A DNA stretch of 62,276 nucleotides, counting the filler, from Globobulimina sp. (taxonomy: Eukaryota): the NCBI GenBank assembly GCA_003354225.1. It is 34 parts of 34 records of this genome, joined end to end, with 100 filler letters (N's around TTAATTAATTAA, not from the genome) between each part and the next. Parts side by side here need not be neighbours in the genome. Positions count along the whole stretch, not along the records: positions 22,023 to 23,757 come from PIVH01012555.1; positions 23,858 to 25,592 come from PIVH01012556.1; positions 25,693 to 27,427 come from PIVH01012557.1; positions 27,528 to 29,262 come from PIVH01012558.1; positions 29,363 to 31,097 come from PIVH01012559.1; positions 31,198 to 32,932 come from PIVH01012560.1; positions 33,033 to 34,766 come from PIVH01012561.1; 27 more parts are not named here. One strand, written 5' to 3'. Each line of letters begins with the position of its first letter. The stretch's first letter is position 1. The notes beneath the pieces were generated by a model. That model had not been told where the DNA came from. It saw only the letters and a program-made list of their open reading frames with translations, and searched no databases. This document shows positions 23,549-34,866 of the stretch, in pieces. Made by a program: the position numbers and the translations under genes.

Positions 23549-23756
23549 CAATTGACTTTTTAGGCTTAAACTTCTAAACACTTATTTTGTGATTGGCAAG
23601 GTTTTTGGGTTAGCTAGAGTGGTTTTCAACCTAGTATTCCAAGTTGACCTAGGTTTAGAATCCTAGTATTTAAAGTTGAAAACCACTCTAGCTAACCCAA
23701 AAACCTTGCCAATCACAAAAGAAGTGTTTAGAAGTTTAAGCCTAAAAAGTCAACTA
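23549..23756. mobile_element. Palindromic MITE, copy 1 (Tc1/mariner-pogo-like ends)
   Basis: 79-bp inverted arms 23552-23630 and 23675-23753 with 1 mismatch; preceded by TA; second copy at 27777-27929. Confidence 0.85.
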
Positions 23757-23988
23757 TNNNNNNNNNNNNNNNNNNNNNNNNNNNNNNNNNNNNNNNNNNN
23801 NTTAATTAATTAANNNNNNNNNNNNNNNNNNNNNNNNNNNNNNNNNNNNNNNNNNNNATATTTTCATAAAGGAACCAATAAAATCAATTACGATAATAAT
23901 GAACAGAAAATTCAATGATATAATTATAGTTATTATACTAGTCCTTTTTCGTGAAAACTTTGTGTACTGATTTCGTTTTCCATCCAAG

Positions 23989-24639
23989 ATGAAATTGCAT
24001 GTGTTTGTAAACGCTCAGAAACTGTTAATGGTATTCTATTTGATATGGATGATGTATAAATATGATAATTTCTCGACCACTGCATATATTTATGTATGTA
24101 TTCACGGATGTTATGGATATGTTTGGTATTTTATCAAACATTTGGCATTTCCAAACCGTAGCTTTGATATTGATATAACACTCACATATCTTATTGGATA
24201 TATTTTTGTAGCATGGATAATAATACCATTAATACCATATTACTGTTTATCAAATACAAAATCTGCATCAAACGGAATTATTACATTATCACTAATCTGT
24301 TACATATTTGGCTTAAATATAATGATGTGTGCCGACTGTCAATTACATTATTCATTAAAATATAATGCCGGTCATTTAGTCGATATTGGTCTGAATAAAT
24401 ATATAAGACATCCAAACTATATGGGCGAGTTTTTACTTTATTTATCGTTTGCTATTTTAAGTAGACATTGGATATCATATATTATTGTGATTGCATTATG
24501 GTTATTTATTTGGCTTCCAATGAATATCGAAAAAGAAAAATCATTGAGTCGATATAAAGAATGGAACGAATATAAACAAAGATCATGGATGTATTTCCCA
24601 AACATATTGCAAATAATCACTGATTTTAACCAAAAGTGA
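23989..24639 (+). CDS. DUF1295 / steroid 5-alpha-reductase-like membrane protein
   Basis: HGCYG, ADCQ, GLNKYIRHPNYMGE, KEKSLSRY; multiple TM helices. Confidence 0.85.
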   Translation: MKLHVFVNAQKLLMVFYLIWMMYKYDNFSTTAYIYVCIHGCYGYVWYFIKHLAFPNRSFDIDITLTYLIGYIFVAWIIIPLIPYYCLSNTKSASNGIITLSLICYIFGLNIMMCADCQLHYSLKYNAGHLVDIGLNKYIRHPNYMGEFLLYLSFAILSRHWISYIIVIALWLFIWLPMNIEKEKSLSRYKEWNEYKQRSWMYFPNILQIITDFNQK

Positions 24640-24698
24640 TCTGATGGTTTTCAGCAAAGAGCACAAGTGCAAGGATACGTTTTTGTTACAGTATATAA

Positions 24699-25397
24699 TT
24701 ATAATTTTGACTGTTTATTGACAAGCAAATCAATATTGACATCATTCACAACAATATATCCCCGATAACCTTTTGCATCATCGTCTATGGTGGCCATGGC
24801 ATTGTAAATGTCATTAATTTGAACCCATAACGTCTTTGGTGATGATTCAATCCAACAGTCCAATAATAAAACCCTATCTGTACTCTCATTATATGCGGCA
24901 ATCACTGAGTGATGGCCCAAATCAAATGCCTGTCCAATTGCACTCATATAATAATTAACAATTATCCCTTTTGTGCTATTATGACATTTAAATATATTCT
25001 TACAAATGTTTCGAAATTTATTTATCGCGTTTGCATCATCTTTAACTTTACAAATATTGATGCTATTGTTACAGTTAAATGTATCTAAAATATGTGAAAC
25101 TTCTTTTAGTGTCAATCCACATTTAAATATGTTTGATATTTTATTATTTGTTGCTTTAATTAAATATGGATTCGCTAATAATTGATATTCATCCAATGGG
25201 CTAATATACAATGCTCTTAATCGCGCATTGAATAACATTAAACATGATACAATGCCACACGTACTGTGGGTCTGTTGAATACAATGACTAGCTATTAAAC
25301 ATGGTTGAATATACTTTCTATCATCATTTGTTTCACCCAAAACCTGTGTCAATAAATCCTCACCTTTTCGGCTTTCAAAAGGTATCAAACGCGACAT
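24699..25397 (-). CDS. Phytochelatin synthase-like (half-size, peptidase C83 domain only)
   Basis: QQTHSTCGIVS (Cys), GLTL, IIVNY, GHHSVIAAYN (His), VLLLD (Asp), WV, AMATID, RGY. Confidence 0.88.
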   Translation of the reverse strand: MSRLIPFESRKGEDLLTQVLGETNDDRKYIQPCLIASHCIQQTHSTCGIVSCLMLFNARLRALYISPLDEYQLLANPYLIKATNNKISNIFKCGLTLKEVSHILDTFNCNNSINICKVKDDANAINKFRNICKNIFKCHNSTKGIIVNYYMSAIGQAFDLGHHSVIAAYNESTDRVLLLDCWIESSPKTLWVQINDIYNAMATIDDDAKGYRGYIVVNDVNIDLLVNKQSKL

Positions 25398-25692
25398 AAA
25401 AGATAAAGAAAAAAAGATTGAGCAAAACATTATCTACTCCCACTAACTCCCCACTGACTCAATTCTTTGGAAATGTGGTATATTGACCTTTGTACCCCTA
25501 TTGTAAGCCCCTTAGTGTTCACTACTTTAGTATCTTAGACCTTAGCTAGTCACTAACCCATTCTACCTATACTCCACGATATACCACATTTGNNNNNNNN
25601 NNNNNNNNNNNNNNNNNNNNNNNNNNNNNNNNNNNNTTAATTAATTAANNNNNNNNNNNNNNNNNNNNNNNNNNNNNNNNNNNNNNNNNNNN

Positions 25693-27295
25693 TGTTGCCG
25701 ATAGACAATGGATAAATTATGAGCAAAGTACCTGTATCCAAATGGAAGAAGACTTAAAAAAAATATTAAAAAAAAGAACAGAAAATGAAGATATGGAAAA
25801 AGAGAGAGAGTCAAATGCCACCATAATTATACCAATTAAAGCTGGTTCATATTTTGGCCGATCTCGAAATAAAAATACATATCAAATTAGAATTGTTTGC
25901 TCTGTTTATCCGCCGAGATATTATCAGTTAAATATAAAAACTGGACACACGCGATTAGTGAAACAAGATCCACCTTATTGGCTACAGGACCCTTACAACC
26001 GACAACTGCAGGACCCGTACATTGTGAAATGGAAATATCAATGCCGACAATTGAGCGGTGACGACGACGACGACGACGACGACGATGCTATGGAGGATGT
26101 GGACGAAGCAAAACAAACCCAATATATATATGTTGATATTACTTCGAATATTAATGCCGAAGAAAAGGAAGAGTTACCTTTACAAGAACGGATAGAGGGA
26201 GCCTATGAAAAACGAGTGAATAGATTTGCATTTGGCGATAAAACCATTCATTTTAATTACGATTCGATCCCGCATACATTTCTTGAAACAGATAATGAGA
26301 CGAATGAAATTCAAAAAGTGATCCGTCAAAAGCCTTTATATTTGCGTCAAAAAAAGTTGAACCAAGATTTAATTATTAAAAATGGTCCATTTTGGGAATT
26401 ATTGTCGCCGTGTTCCTCTCAGCTATACCAAGAATTAATAAGTGATGAGAATACAACCCAATGTTTGTTGTGCAAATGTAATATGTTCGAATGGGAGGTT
26501 TTGGAGAATCAATCACATCAATTACATGAATATAAAACTAGCATAGCTGCCGCTGCAGTTGCGGAGAGAGCATATGATTTGAACTGTGAATATCTACGGA
26601 ATAATACAATTGTTTCGTTATCCTCTCAACATTTTTTCCATACTGGATGCATTACAGAACACTTTGAATCTCAACTTTCAGTGTCGAATTCAGAGCAAAT
26701 ATTAAAATGTCCAAACTCAAATGAAATTGTTTATGATTCGGCTGCAGACAAACAAGAGAGATATGCCTTGATTGGATCCCAAATAAATGAGAACTATGAA
26801 ATGATTATCAACAAAGATGAAAATAAGAAACAAATACAAATATTATTTGTTTTTGGTAGTTTTGTATCGCCGGTGACCCACGCCATTAATGACAAAGATG
26901 TTCAATTATTGCAAAATTATAAAGATGCATTTCGGCGAAGATTAATAAGAATCGATAAAAGTAAAAATATAATATATATTGGAAAAAATGCAAAATTAAT
27001 CAATGTATTTAAACAAATCTTAGATGATGATGGTAAAGAGGATGATGATGATGAGAATGAGAGTGATGCTGATTTTGATGAACACATATTAGATGTATTG
27101 GTTTCTGATGTTATTATGCAAAAAACCATCACTTATGGGGATGAAGAGGAAGAGGAAGAGGCTGAGGATGATTTAGATATTGCCGCAATGATTGACAATG
27201 AGTTGGATTTATCAGCTGAACTTAGTGAAGATAGAGATGGACAGCATTATAATACACAAACTGTTAAATTTATAGATGAAAAGGTTGACCCATAA
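25693..27295 (+). CDS. Deltex-like protein: tandem WWE + degenerate RING + DTC-like remnant; 5'-partial
   Basis: QWINYEQ...MEE and WKYQ...IEGAYEK (WWE-like); CLLC...HFFHTGC...LKCP; IGSQ; DAFRRRLI resembles the Deltex AWxRRLIF motif. Confidence 0.55.
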
Positions 27296-27776
27296 CTTTT
27301 TTGAAAGCAAGATTCAAAGAATTATTGTAAATTAATATTAAATAAATATTAATTGAATGTTTGATAGTTGTTAGTATTTATGGATGAAGCAAATAATTCA
27401 ATTAGTTTTATACATTTATAATAAAACNNNNNNNNNNNNNNNNNNNNNNNNNNNNNNNNNNNNNNNNNNNNTTAATTAATTAANNNNNNNNNNNNNNNNN
27501 NNNNNNNNNNNNNNNNNNNNNNNNNNNTTTCTTTTTTTTTTGTAATCACTCTGAGAGTCTTATGATTTGTGTGCATAATTCCAAAAAAAAACTGACTTTT
27601 TTGTTACATTTTTTTTCCTATAGGTATGGTTATATTATTATTTTCTTTTTATTGTATTAATTTTTAATTTTTACAAATGGTCTACGATTTTAATTTATCA
27701 TTCATCAGAGTGAGAGTATGATCGTCTATTTAGTTGATGCTACATTTGTACTCACAATAATTATACAATATTAATA

Positions 27777-27929
27777 CATTTGACTTTTTAGGTTTGATTG
27801 GCAAGGTTTTTGGGTTAGCTAGAGTGGTTTTCAACTTTGAATACTAGGTTGAAAAGCACTCTAGCTAACCCAAAAACTTTGCCAATCACAAAAGAAGTGT
27901 TTAGAAGTGTGAACCTAAAAAGTCAATTA
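27777..27929. mobile_element. Palindromic MITE, copy 2 (opposite orientation, internal deletion in left arm)
   Basis: Arms nearly identical to 23549-23756; the 12-nt loop TTTGAATACTAG is close to the reverse complement of the copy-1 loop unit. Confidence 0.85.
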
Positions 27930-27939
27930 TTAACAGAAA

Positions 27940-29262
27940 TTAATTATCAATATCGTTTCCATAAAAATTCGTTGTTTCAGTTTGTTTGGCATACAAATCC
28001 TCAGTATTTGACTGTTGATGTTGAGGTGTTCCCTTTTTAGTGACTACTTTTGCCGGAATCGTATAAAGTCCATCAATTTGATCATCTTTCGAATCCTCAT
28101 CAATTGCTTCGATTTCAATTCCTGTCTTTTCATGTCTTGCTCGTTGATGTGTTCCTTTTTTAGTAACTGCTTTTGCCGGAATCGTGTAAAGTCCATCAAT
28201 TTGATCATCCTTCGAATCCTCATCAATAATTGCTTCGATTTCAATTCCTGTCTTTTCATGTCTTGCTCGTTCCAATCTAAAATTAAAATCATTATGCTCC
28301 AATGTATTTGACGATACTGATTGTAATCCAATTGTATTAGTATCAGTCATATTTTCTTTGTTTTTACTATATGTATTTCTTTTTTTGAGCCACACAATAA
28401 ATAATACAATAAAAATACATATTAAACAACTAATCCCAATCTCTATAAACAACATATAAAATGGCTGATCAGTTGACTTTTTCTCATCCGGATCATCATT
28501 CACAAAATGTTCGGTTGTTTCTACAACTTCGTTTGCATTCTCATTCGGAGATATTGTAGGTGACAAAATATGTAAATCTTTGTGTGTTGTTGGCATAGTG
28601 GTTGGTACATTTGTCGTTGGTACATTTGTGGTCGGCATATTGGTGGTTGGTATATTGGTGGTTGGTATATTTGTGGTTGGATCAACGGTTGGATAGACAG
28701 TTGGAGATATAGTGGGGAATGTGGTTGGAATTAATGTTGGATGTGTACTGGGAATATTTGTTGGATGTGCACTGGGAATATTTGTCGGATAATCTGTGGT
28801 TGGACTTAAAGCTTTAATGTTATTTTCATGCATATTTATCGTCTTGTTTCCATGTATATAAAAATACTATAATTAACTTTGTGTATTACAGAGAGTGCCG
28901 CGAGGTTCATTGCAATTTTTATCATTAAATTGTGATGATCCGATCACAAATTCAGCACAGTATCCATCACCATTTGGTTCGGACTGATCCCAGAAATCAC
29001 TACATTTACCATTTGTTACTGTACATTGTGTTCCGTCATCCCATTGCCATATACCATTTTGATCCATATCATTTAGGCCGATCCAACTGATCGCGTTTGC
29101 TTTGTTTCTTGCATTTTGAATGTCTGTTGCTGTTAAAATTGTTGCCAATCCATCATAATAGTTTGCACAAAATATTCTGGCATTGTTCCATGTTCTTTGT
29201 GTTGAATCATACACAAAGATTCTGGCATTTAATAGACGAACGAATAAAAGAAAGCAAAATAT
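27940..29262 (-). CDS. C-type lectin receptor: CTLD (EPN) + Pro/Thr mucin stalk + TM + cytoplasmic tail; intron 28812-28877; 5' end uncertain
   Basis: TWNNARIFC, LATI, WIGLND, WQWDDG, EPN, CAEF, FNDKNC; PTTNxP repeats; TM followed by KKR. Confidence 0.88.
28021..28271 (-). repeat. Recent tandem duplication (126 + 123 bp) within the cytoplasmic tail
   Basis: RARHEKTGIEIEAI(I)DEDSKDDQIDGLYTIPAKxVTKKGTxQ occurs twice with near-identical DNA. Confidence 0.95.
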
Positions 29263-29362
29263 NNNNNNNNNNNNNNNNNNNNNNNNNNNNNNNNNNNNNN
29301 NNNNNNTTAATTAATTAANNNNNNNNNNNNNNNNNNNNNNNNNNNNNNNNNNNNNNNNNNNN

Positions 29363-29871
29363 AATATTTGTTTTTTGGTTTCCTTTTTCTTTTTGAATTT
29401 TAGCATCTTGGCATAATCCGGTCCAACACAATGAATAACATATTTTTTACATTTTAATTTTCCGCCTGTTTTTGTAATGCGTGCTTCTCCGATTGGACAA
29501 CGTATACCTTTTATAATATCATTGTTTACAAACGGTACTTCTCTCCGATATTTATCCAATTCATCACCACCCGATTCCGTAATGGCACCATCCACACCAT
29601 CGCCACCTAACATATATTCATCCGCTGCATTGACAATTATTTCTGTTGTAGCATCAATCACTGTGCCATATGAAATATATAAATTATATCTATTTTCAAA
29701 CAGAAAATGACAACTTACAAACAATCCATCTTTTTTATACATTTCATTTCCGATATCTGTATTATAAATGTATGATCCATATACTCCACAAGACAAAGAC
29801 GGCAGATATTGATATTGTATTTTGCTGTCCTGAGCTTCATCTTTCATCTCTTTAACATTATCCAGCGACAT
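29363..29871 (-). CDS. Macrodomain protein (MacroD-type ADP-ribosylhydrolase), 3'-partial
   Basis: IVNAADEYMLGGDGVDGAI, CPIGEARIT, YVIHCVGP. Confidence 0.92.
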
Positions 29872-29941
29872 TTATTTATAAAGTTTTTCATTTAAGTGAG
29901 TACCATCCCTCTAAGTCTCTAACAGATCATCCTCAACAAAA

Positions 29942-31097
29942 ATGAACACAATTATTTTTCTCTTCGCGACCTACCACTTATCCGCATCAACCAAACGTTT
30001 ACTTCAACAACAATCCGAACAAACGCTTGGTGCATATGAACAAATATGCATTGCACCCGAATCAGACTTTGCGTGTCAATATGCGCATCAATCAATTACC
30101 GATCAAGGCTCCGGTGTCGTAGAGTGCAGTCCGGAATATTCCTGTTGTTTATGTGAATCAATTACTTGCGGTTCCGTCGCCAAACCATGCGATGAATTTA
30201 AAGCAGGCGCAGATTTCGCAGCATTCGGTGTAAAAAAGATAAATGTTTTTGGCGAAGCCAACGAGAAAGGAGCCATCATAGATTGTAATGGTATGCAACC
30301 ACATAAATTTCACGTAGTACAATTCCAATTTGTATATAGCTGAATATGTGCATGTGCTGCACAACCATGTAGCAAATATCTTTTTTTTTACCCAAAAAAC
30401 GGCAACAATTTGTACTTAAAGTGGCATACAATATATTTAGGCGAAGGAGCCTGCGCAGAGACAATAATCCGTGGCTCATGGATTGATACCGTTCGCTGTG
30501 GCGCAGATGGATCGTGTTCAGGTGCATTGATGCAATTGTCCGAGTCGCGAGGAATAGTTTGTGGCAAAGGCGCTTGTATCGGGGCAACAATAGTATTCAA
30601 TTCAAACCGTGGCGGAGAGCTTATGTGCTCTGCAGAGCATGCTTGCGCTAATGCGGTTATTCAAATTTCTGGCATTTTCGATGTGAAATGTAATGGAGAG
30701 CGGTCCTGCGAGAATACGCAGATCACAGTGAAGAATCCCTTTGAACAATTTAAATTGGACTGTAACGGTATGTTATTACTATATTTATGCATTTTATATG
30801 TATGTCGTAATTATGTATGTTGAATGTAGGCGATTTGGCGTGTCATAATTTGGATTTAACCATTCTTTTCCCCGGCCCAGACGGTGGATGTCCTGCTGGT
30901 ATGGTGGATGAACCGTTTATGTGGAAGGGAATTAACTGTGGCTCGACCGGCGCCTGTAAAGAAATGAAGCTTACGGTGGTGAATAACGGCTGCCGGACTG
31001 TGATTATTGAGGATTTGCAGTGTAGTCCAGGTGGGGCATGTACGGGAGCTGTGTTTGACTTAAATTCTGGAACAGGTATAACAGAAACACTTTGCGA
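29942..31097 (+). CDS. Secreted cysteine-rich repeat protein; introns 30291-30440 and 30768-30829; 3'-partial
   Basis: Signal peptide followed by RLLQ; repeated CxGxxAC/SC units; both GT-AG introns restore CNG|xxAC. Confidence 0.8.
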
Positions 31098-31380
31098 NNN
31101 NNNNNNNNNNNNNNNNNNNNNNNNNNNNNNNNNNNNNNNNNTTAATTAATTAANNNNNNNNNNNNNNNNNNNNNNNNNNNNNNNNNNNNNNNNNNNNATT
31201 TGCAAACCCAATACAAAGTTATAACAAACACAGAACAAACCCAAGACAAATCTATAGCAAACTGTTTCTGGATTTGCAAAGCGTTTCTCAGATAATTGAA
31301 TTAAATGTATACAACTTATCGACCAGGGGGGGGTTATCTTTTGGAATATATCGTTTAGTCACTCTTACTCATCTGTATCA

Positions 31381-32932
31381 ATGGCACTTACTTACAAACA
31401 AAGAACAATAAAAACTATGGCCGTCAGTAATTCAAAACAAGATGAAGATATTGACACTCAATTGGTAGAAAGCACGTTGCAAGACATGTTGACAGAGACT
31501 GGCAATGGAACTCCGCAAAGAGTGCTCATTAATATATTAACGACATCAAGCAATGAATGCAACAGGAATTGGAACAAAAAAAGAAAGTTTAAAACCAAAA
31601 TGTTGCCATCAAAACAAATGAGTAAATTGCAGGCCAAACAATACTGCATCACAAGATTACTGACATTTGAATACTTGGAATGTTTGTTGTTGTCAGTTCA
31701 AATTGAAAATAATAATAATTGGCCACTCTCACAAATAATATTATTAATATTAATCAAGGAATCACCCATTGTCTTCATGAAGAAAATCGTAAAATATCAT
31801 TATTTATTGCATCAACACCCGAAGGTTCCATTGCTATGCTTGAATGTCATTAATATGTTTCTCGAAAAACAATCAAAAGTGGACAATTCCGACATTATCA
31901 TCATCAAAAATAATAAACTCAATGCATTTATTCATGACTGGCTATTAATGGGTTTCTTTAAATGTATACTATCGATGTTATCTTTGTATTCATATCCGAC
32001 AAATGTGGAATATTCCAAACACATTGAAACAATGAAACAAATAATTGACAAAACACTGTTGTTTTGCTCTGAAAAACAGTTGGAAACACTCCAAAAGTAT
32101 GAAACTGGACATTTCCGCATTAAAAACAGGAAATTATGCGTAAAAGGACCACAATATAAATATAATGGAAACAAACGAGGAGTGGCCAAACATATCGATC
32201 TATCATCACTCAATAAATTGTATTTAGAAAATAATGAATCTTTGCAACATTGTAATGTATTGATTGTCGGTGATGGAGACTTTTCATTTTCAAATTCATT
32301 GATTTCTTTGTGGCCACACATTGCCTCTTTCAATCACAAAGACAAGAATGTCAATTTGAATTTAATTGCATCGACCTTCCATAATATTCCATCATTAATT
32401 GGAAAGTATGATTATTGTGATATTGCACAGACAATTTATAAAATACAAAGCACATCAAATCCAAATGTAAATGCAAAGGTATTGTATGGCATTGATGCGA
32501 TGGATTTGTCAGATTTTAATGATAATCATTTATTTGACAGAATAATATTTAACTTCCCTCAAACTGAACATTGTGTCGGTGATTACCGATTAAAATCAAT
32601 GAATCAAAAGCTAATATTTGCCAACCAATTTTAGCCAAGAATGGAGCCGTGTTTCTAGCATTACATTTGAATGAGTTTAAAGCCAATACATTGAGGAATG
32701 CGAGGAAAGATGATGAGATTTGCAAGGATAATGTTGGTAGAAATGCAATGCAAATGTTTGAAAATAAGGAGAAAATAATGAGTGTGAGTCATGACCAATT
32801 TTTTACATGGAATATTGCTCAGTTATTGACAAGAAAGGAACTAAAATGGTTGACATTGAGTCGATCCGTTCCCTTTCATACTAATTGCTATTCAGGTTAT
32901 AATGTAACAAATATTAAAGGACAGCTGTTTGC
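31381..32932 (+). CDS. Protein with C-terminal BMT5/DUF2431-like rRNA methyltransferase domain; frameshift near 32630
   Basis: VLIVGDGDFSFS, LIAST, VLYGIDA, FDRIIFNFP, NQKL; similarity continues in a shifted frame (LAKNGAVFLALH...TWNI...YSGY). Confidence 0.7.
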
Positions 32933-33032
32933 NNNNNNNNNNNNNNNNNNNNNNNNNNNNNNNNNNNNNNNNNNNNTTAATTAATTAANNNNNNNNNNNN
33001 NNNNNNNNNNNNNNNNNNNNNNNNNNNNNNNN

Positions 33033-34536
33033 TGATGAAGAATATCAAGGATTGGACATAAATATGACACAATGGACGGACGAGGAAGATAATTTATTAC
33101 GAAATTATTATTCGAGCTATGCGCTGCAGGCCAATGTACTAAATATCTTGAAAGATTTTCTTGAAAATGAACTGAAAAAAACACGGTCAGAGTCGCAGAT
33201 CGATGATAGGTTGAGATGTTTGGGTTTGCGTAAAGGGCCTAAAAAGAAAAGAAAAAATCAACAAAATGAGGCAAAAAAACGAGTTAAACCAAAAGATATG
33301 GATATGAATGAGAAGAAAAGTATAATTTATCATTGTATTCACAGAGCGTGCCATGTATTGAAGTTGCAACGGGATAATAATGAAAATGAAGAGAATGCAG
33401 AGAATAATGAGGATGATGCAAACAGGAATGTGTTTACATGGCTTTGTAGCAAATTGGATAATTTGTGTGATATTGTTGGCGAAGTGCTAAGTGCAGAAAG
33501 TGATATATTATTGGATGACATCGCTATAATTCCGGTTGAATTGAATGAATTTAATTATATGAATAATTTATATTTGATTGATTTATTACAAAAATTAGGA
33601 TTTTTGTCACCAAATAAATACATTGGTACATTGTGGTGGCGGATTCCAAGAGAATTGTTAAGTGTTTTTGTCATTGCATTTTTTATAATTTTTAATTTTG
33701 AATTTTTTTTTAGCAAAATTGGAGAGATTCAAAATATGATTAATTTGACGAAGGAAGCATTGGAAATACCAATGGATGCAAATTTAAATGATTTATGTGC
33801 GCCGAGGGAACAATCAATGGATGATATTGCTTTATTAAATGATAATAATTTAGATAATAATCCATTTGTTTTAGCAGCAGTTGAGAGTGAGAATGAGAAT
33901 GAGAATGATGATAAAAAAGAACACAGTGAATCCGAAGCGGAATACCAAGTCCCTGCAATATCGGAAATGGAGCGTAATTCAACTGAGCATAATGAAGAGA
34001 TACCCGATGAAAATGCAGAAAGAAAAAAGAAAAAAAAGAAGAAAAAAGACAAAAAAAAGAAGAAAAAAAAAGATAAAAAAGATGGAGAAGATGATGGGAA
34101 TGAAGCACGTAAAAAGAAAAAGAAAAAAAAACATAAATCGAGGAAAAGGAAACGAGATAAAATTACAAAAGAGACTGATGTTGGTATCGAGGACAATGAT
34201 GGAGAGAATCTGAGGAAACGAAGGAAATTAAATGTGAATAAAAATAATAAGAATGAGGAAGATTCATTTTTCGATGATATTGCAAGTGATATGGAAGAAG
34301 ATAAAGATGAGGACGAGAATGGAAATGATAATATTATTGAGACTGAAATGAAGAATATACAAAATATGAATACTCCACAAATTGAAAAGTTTAACAGTTT
34401 GACATTACTCGGAAACAATAACATATTAAACGGTGTGAAAGAAAATCAGAGTGAAGATGATGATGATATTATTCCCAAAAGAAAATGGACAAAAAAATCA
34501 AAAAGAGCATTTGTATCCGATTCCGATTCTGATTGA
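33033..34536 (+). CDS. TIMELESS: TIMELESS/Tof1 C-terminal region, 5'-partial; probable in-frame 57-bp intron 33657-33713
   Basis: Myb-like WTDEEDNLLRNYY...RSESQIDDRLRCLGL and PARP-binding-domain-like TWL...IAIIP...LLQKLGFLSP...WWRIP; T-rich GTTAAG..TAG intron. Confidence 0.78.
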
Positions 34537-34866
34537 TTGTTTTTATATGACTATACTTCTTGTTTTTTTTTGACATAACTTTGGTTGGTTTTGGGTCAAT
34601 TATATTCTATTTATATTTGCATATTTTTCGTTTTTACTGAGTCGATGGACACCGATCCAATGGGAATTTTTGCGTTATCGTAAAAATCTATTTCGTAACA
34701 GAAAAAACTGATTTTTAACAATGTATAATATGTACACAAATACACAATCGATAATTATTACTAACCNNNNNNNNNNNNNNNNNNNNNNNNNNNNNNNNNN
34801 NNNNNNNNNNTTAATTAATTAANNNNNNNNNNNNNNNNNNNNNNNNNNNNNNNNNNNNNNNNNNNN

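Noticed and set aside
26059..26086. (GAC)n microsatellite
   Set aside because: Encodes an ordinary poly-Asp tract.
33729..34424. 231-aa Phe/Ser-rich minus-strand ORF
   Set aside because: Antisense shadow of the Lys/Glu-rich TIMELESS tail.
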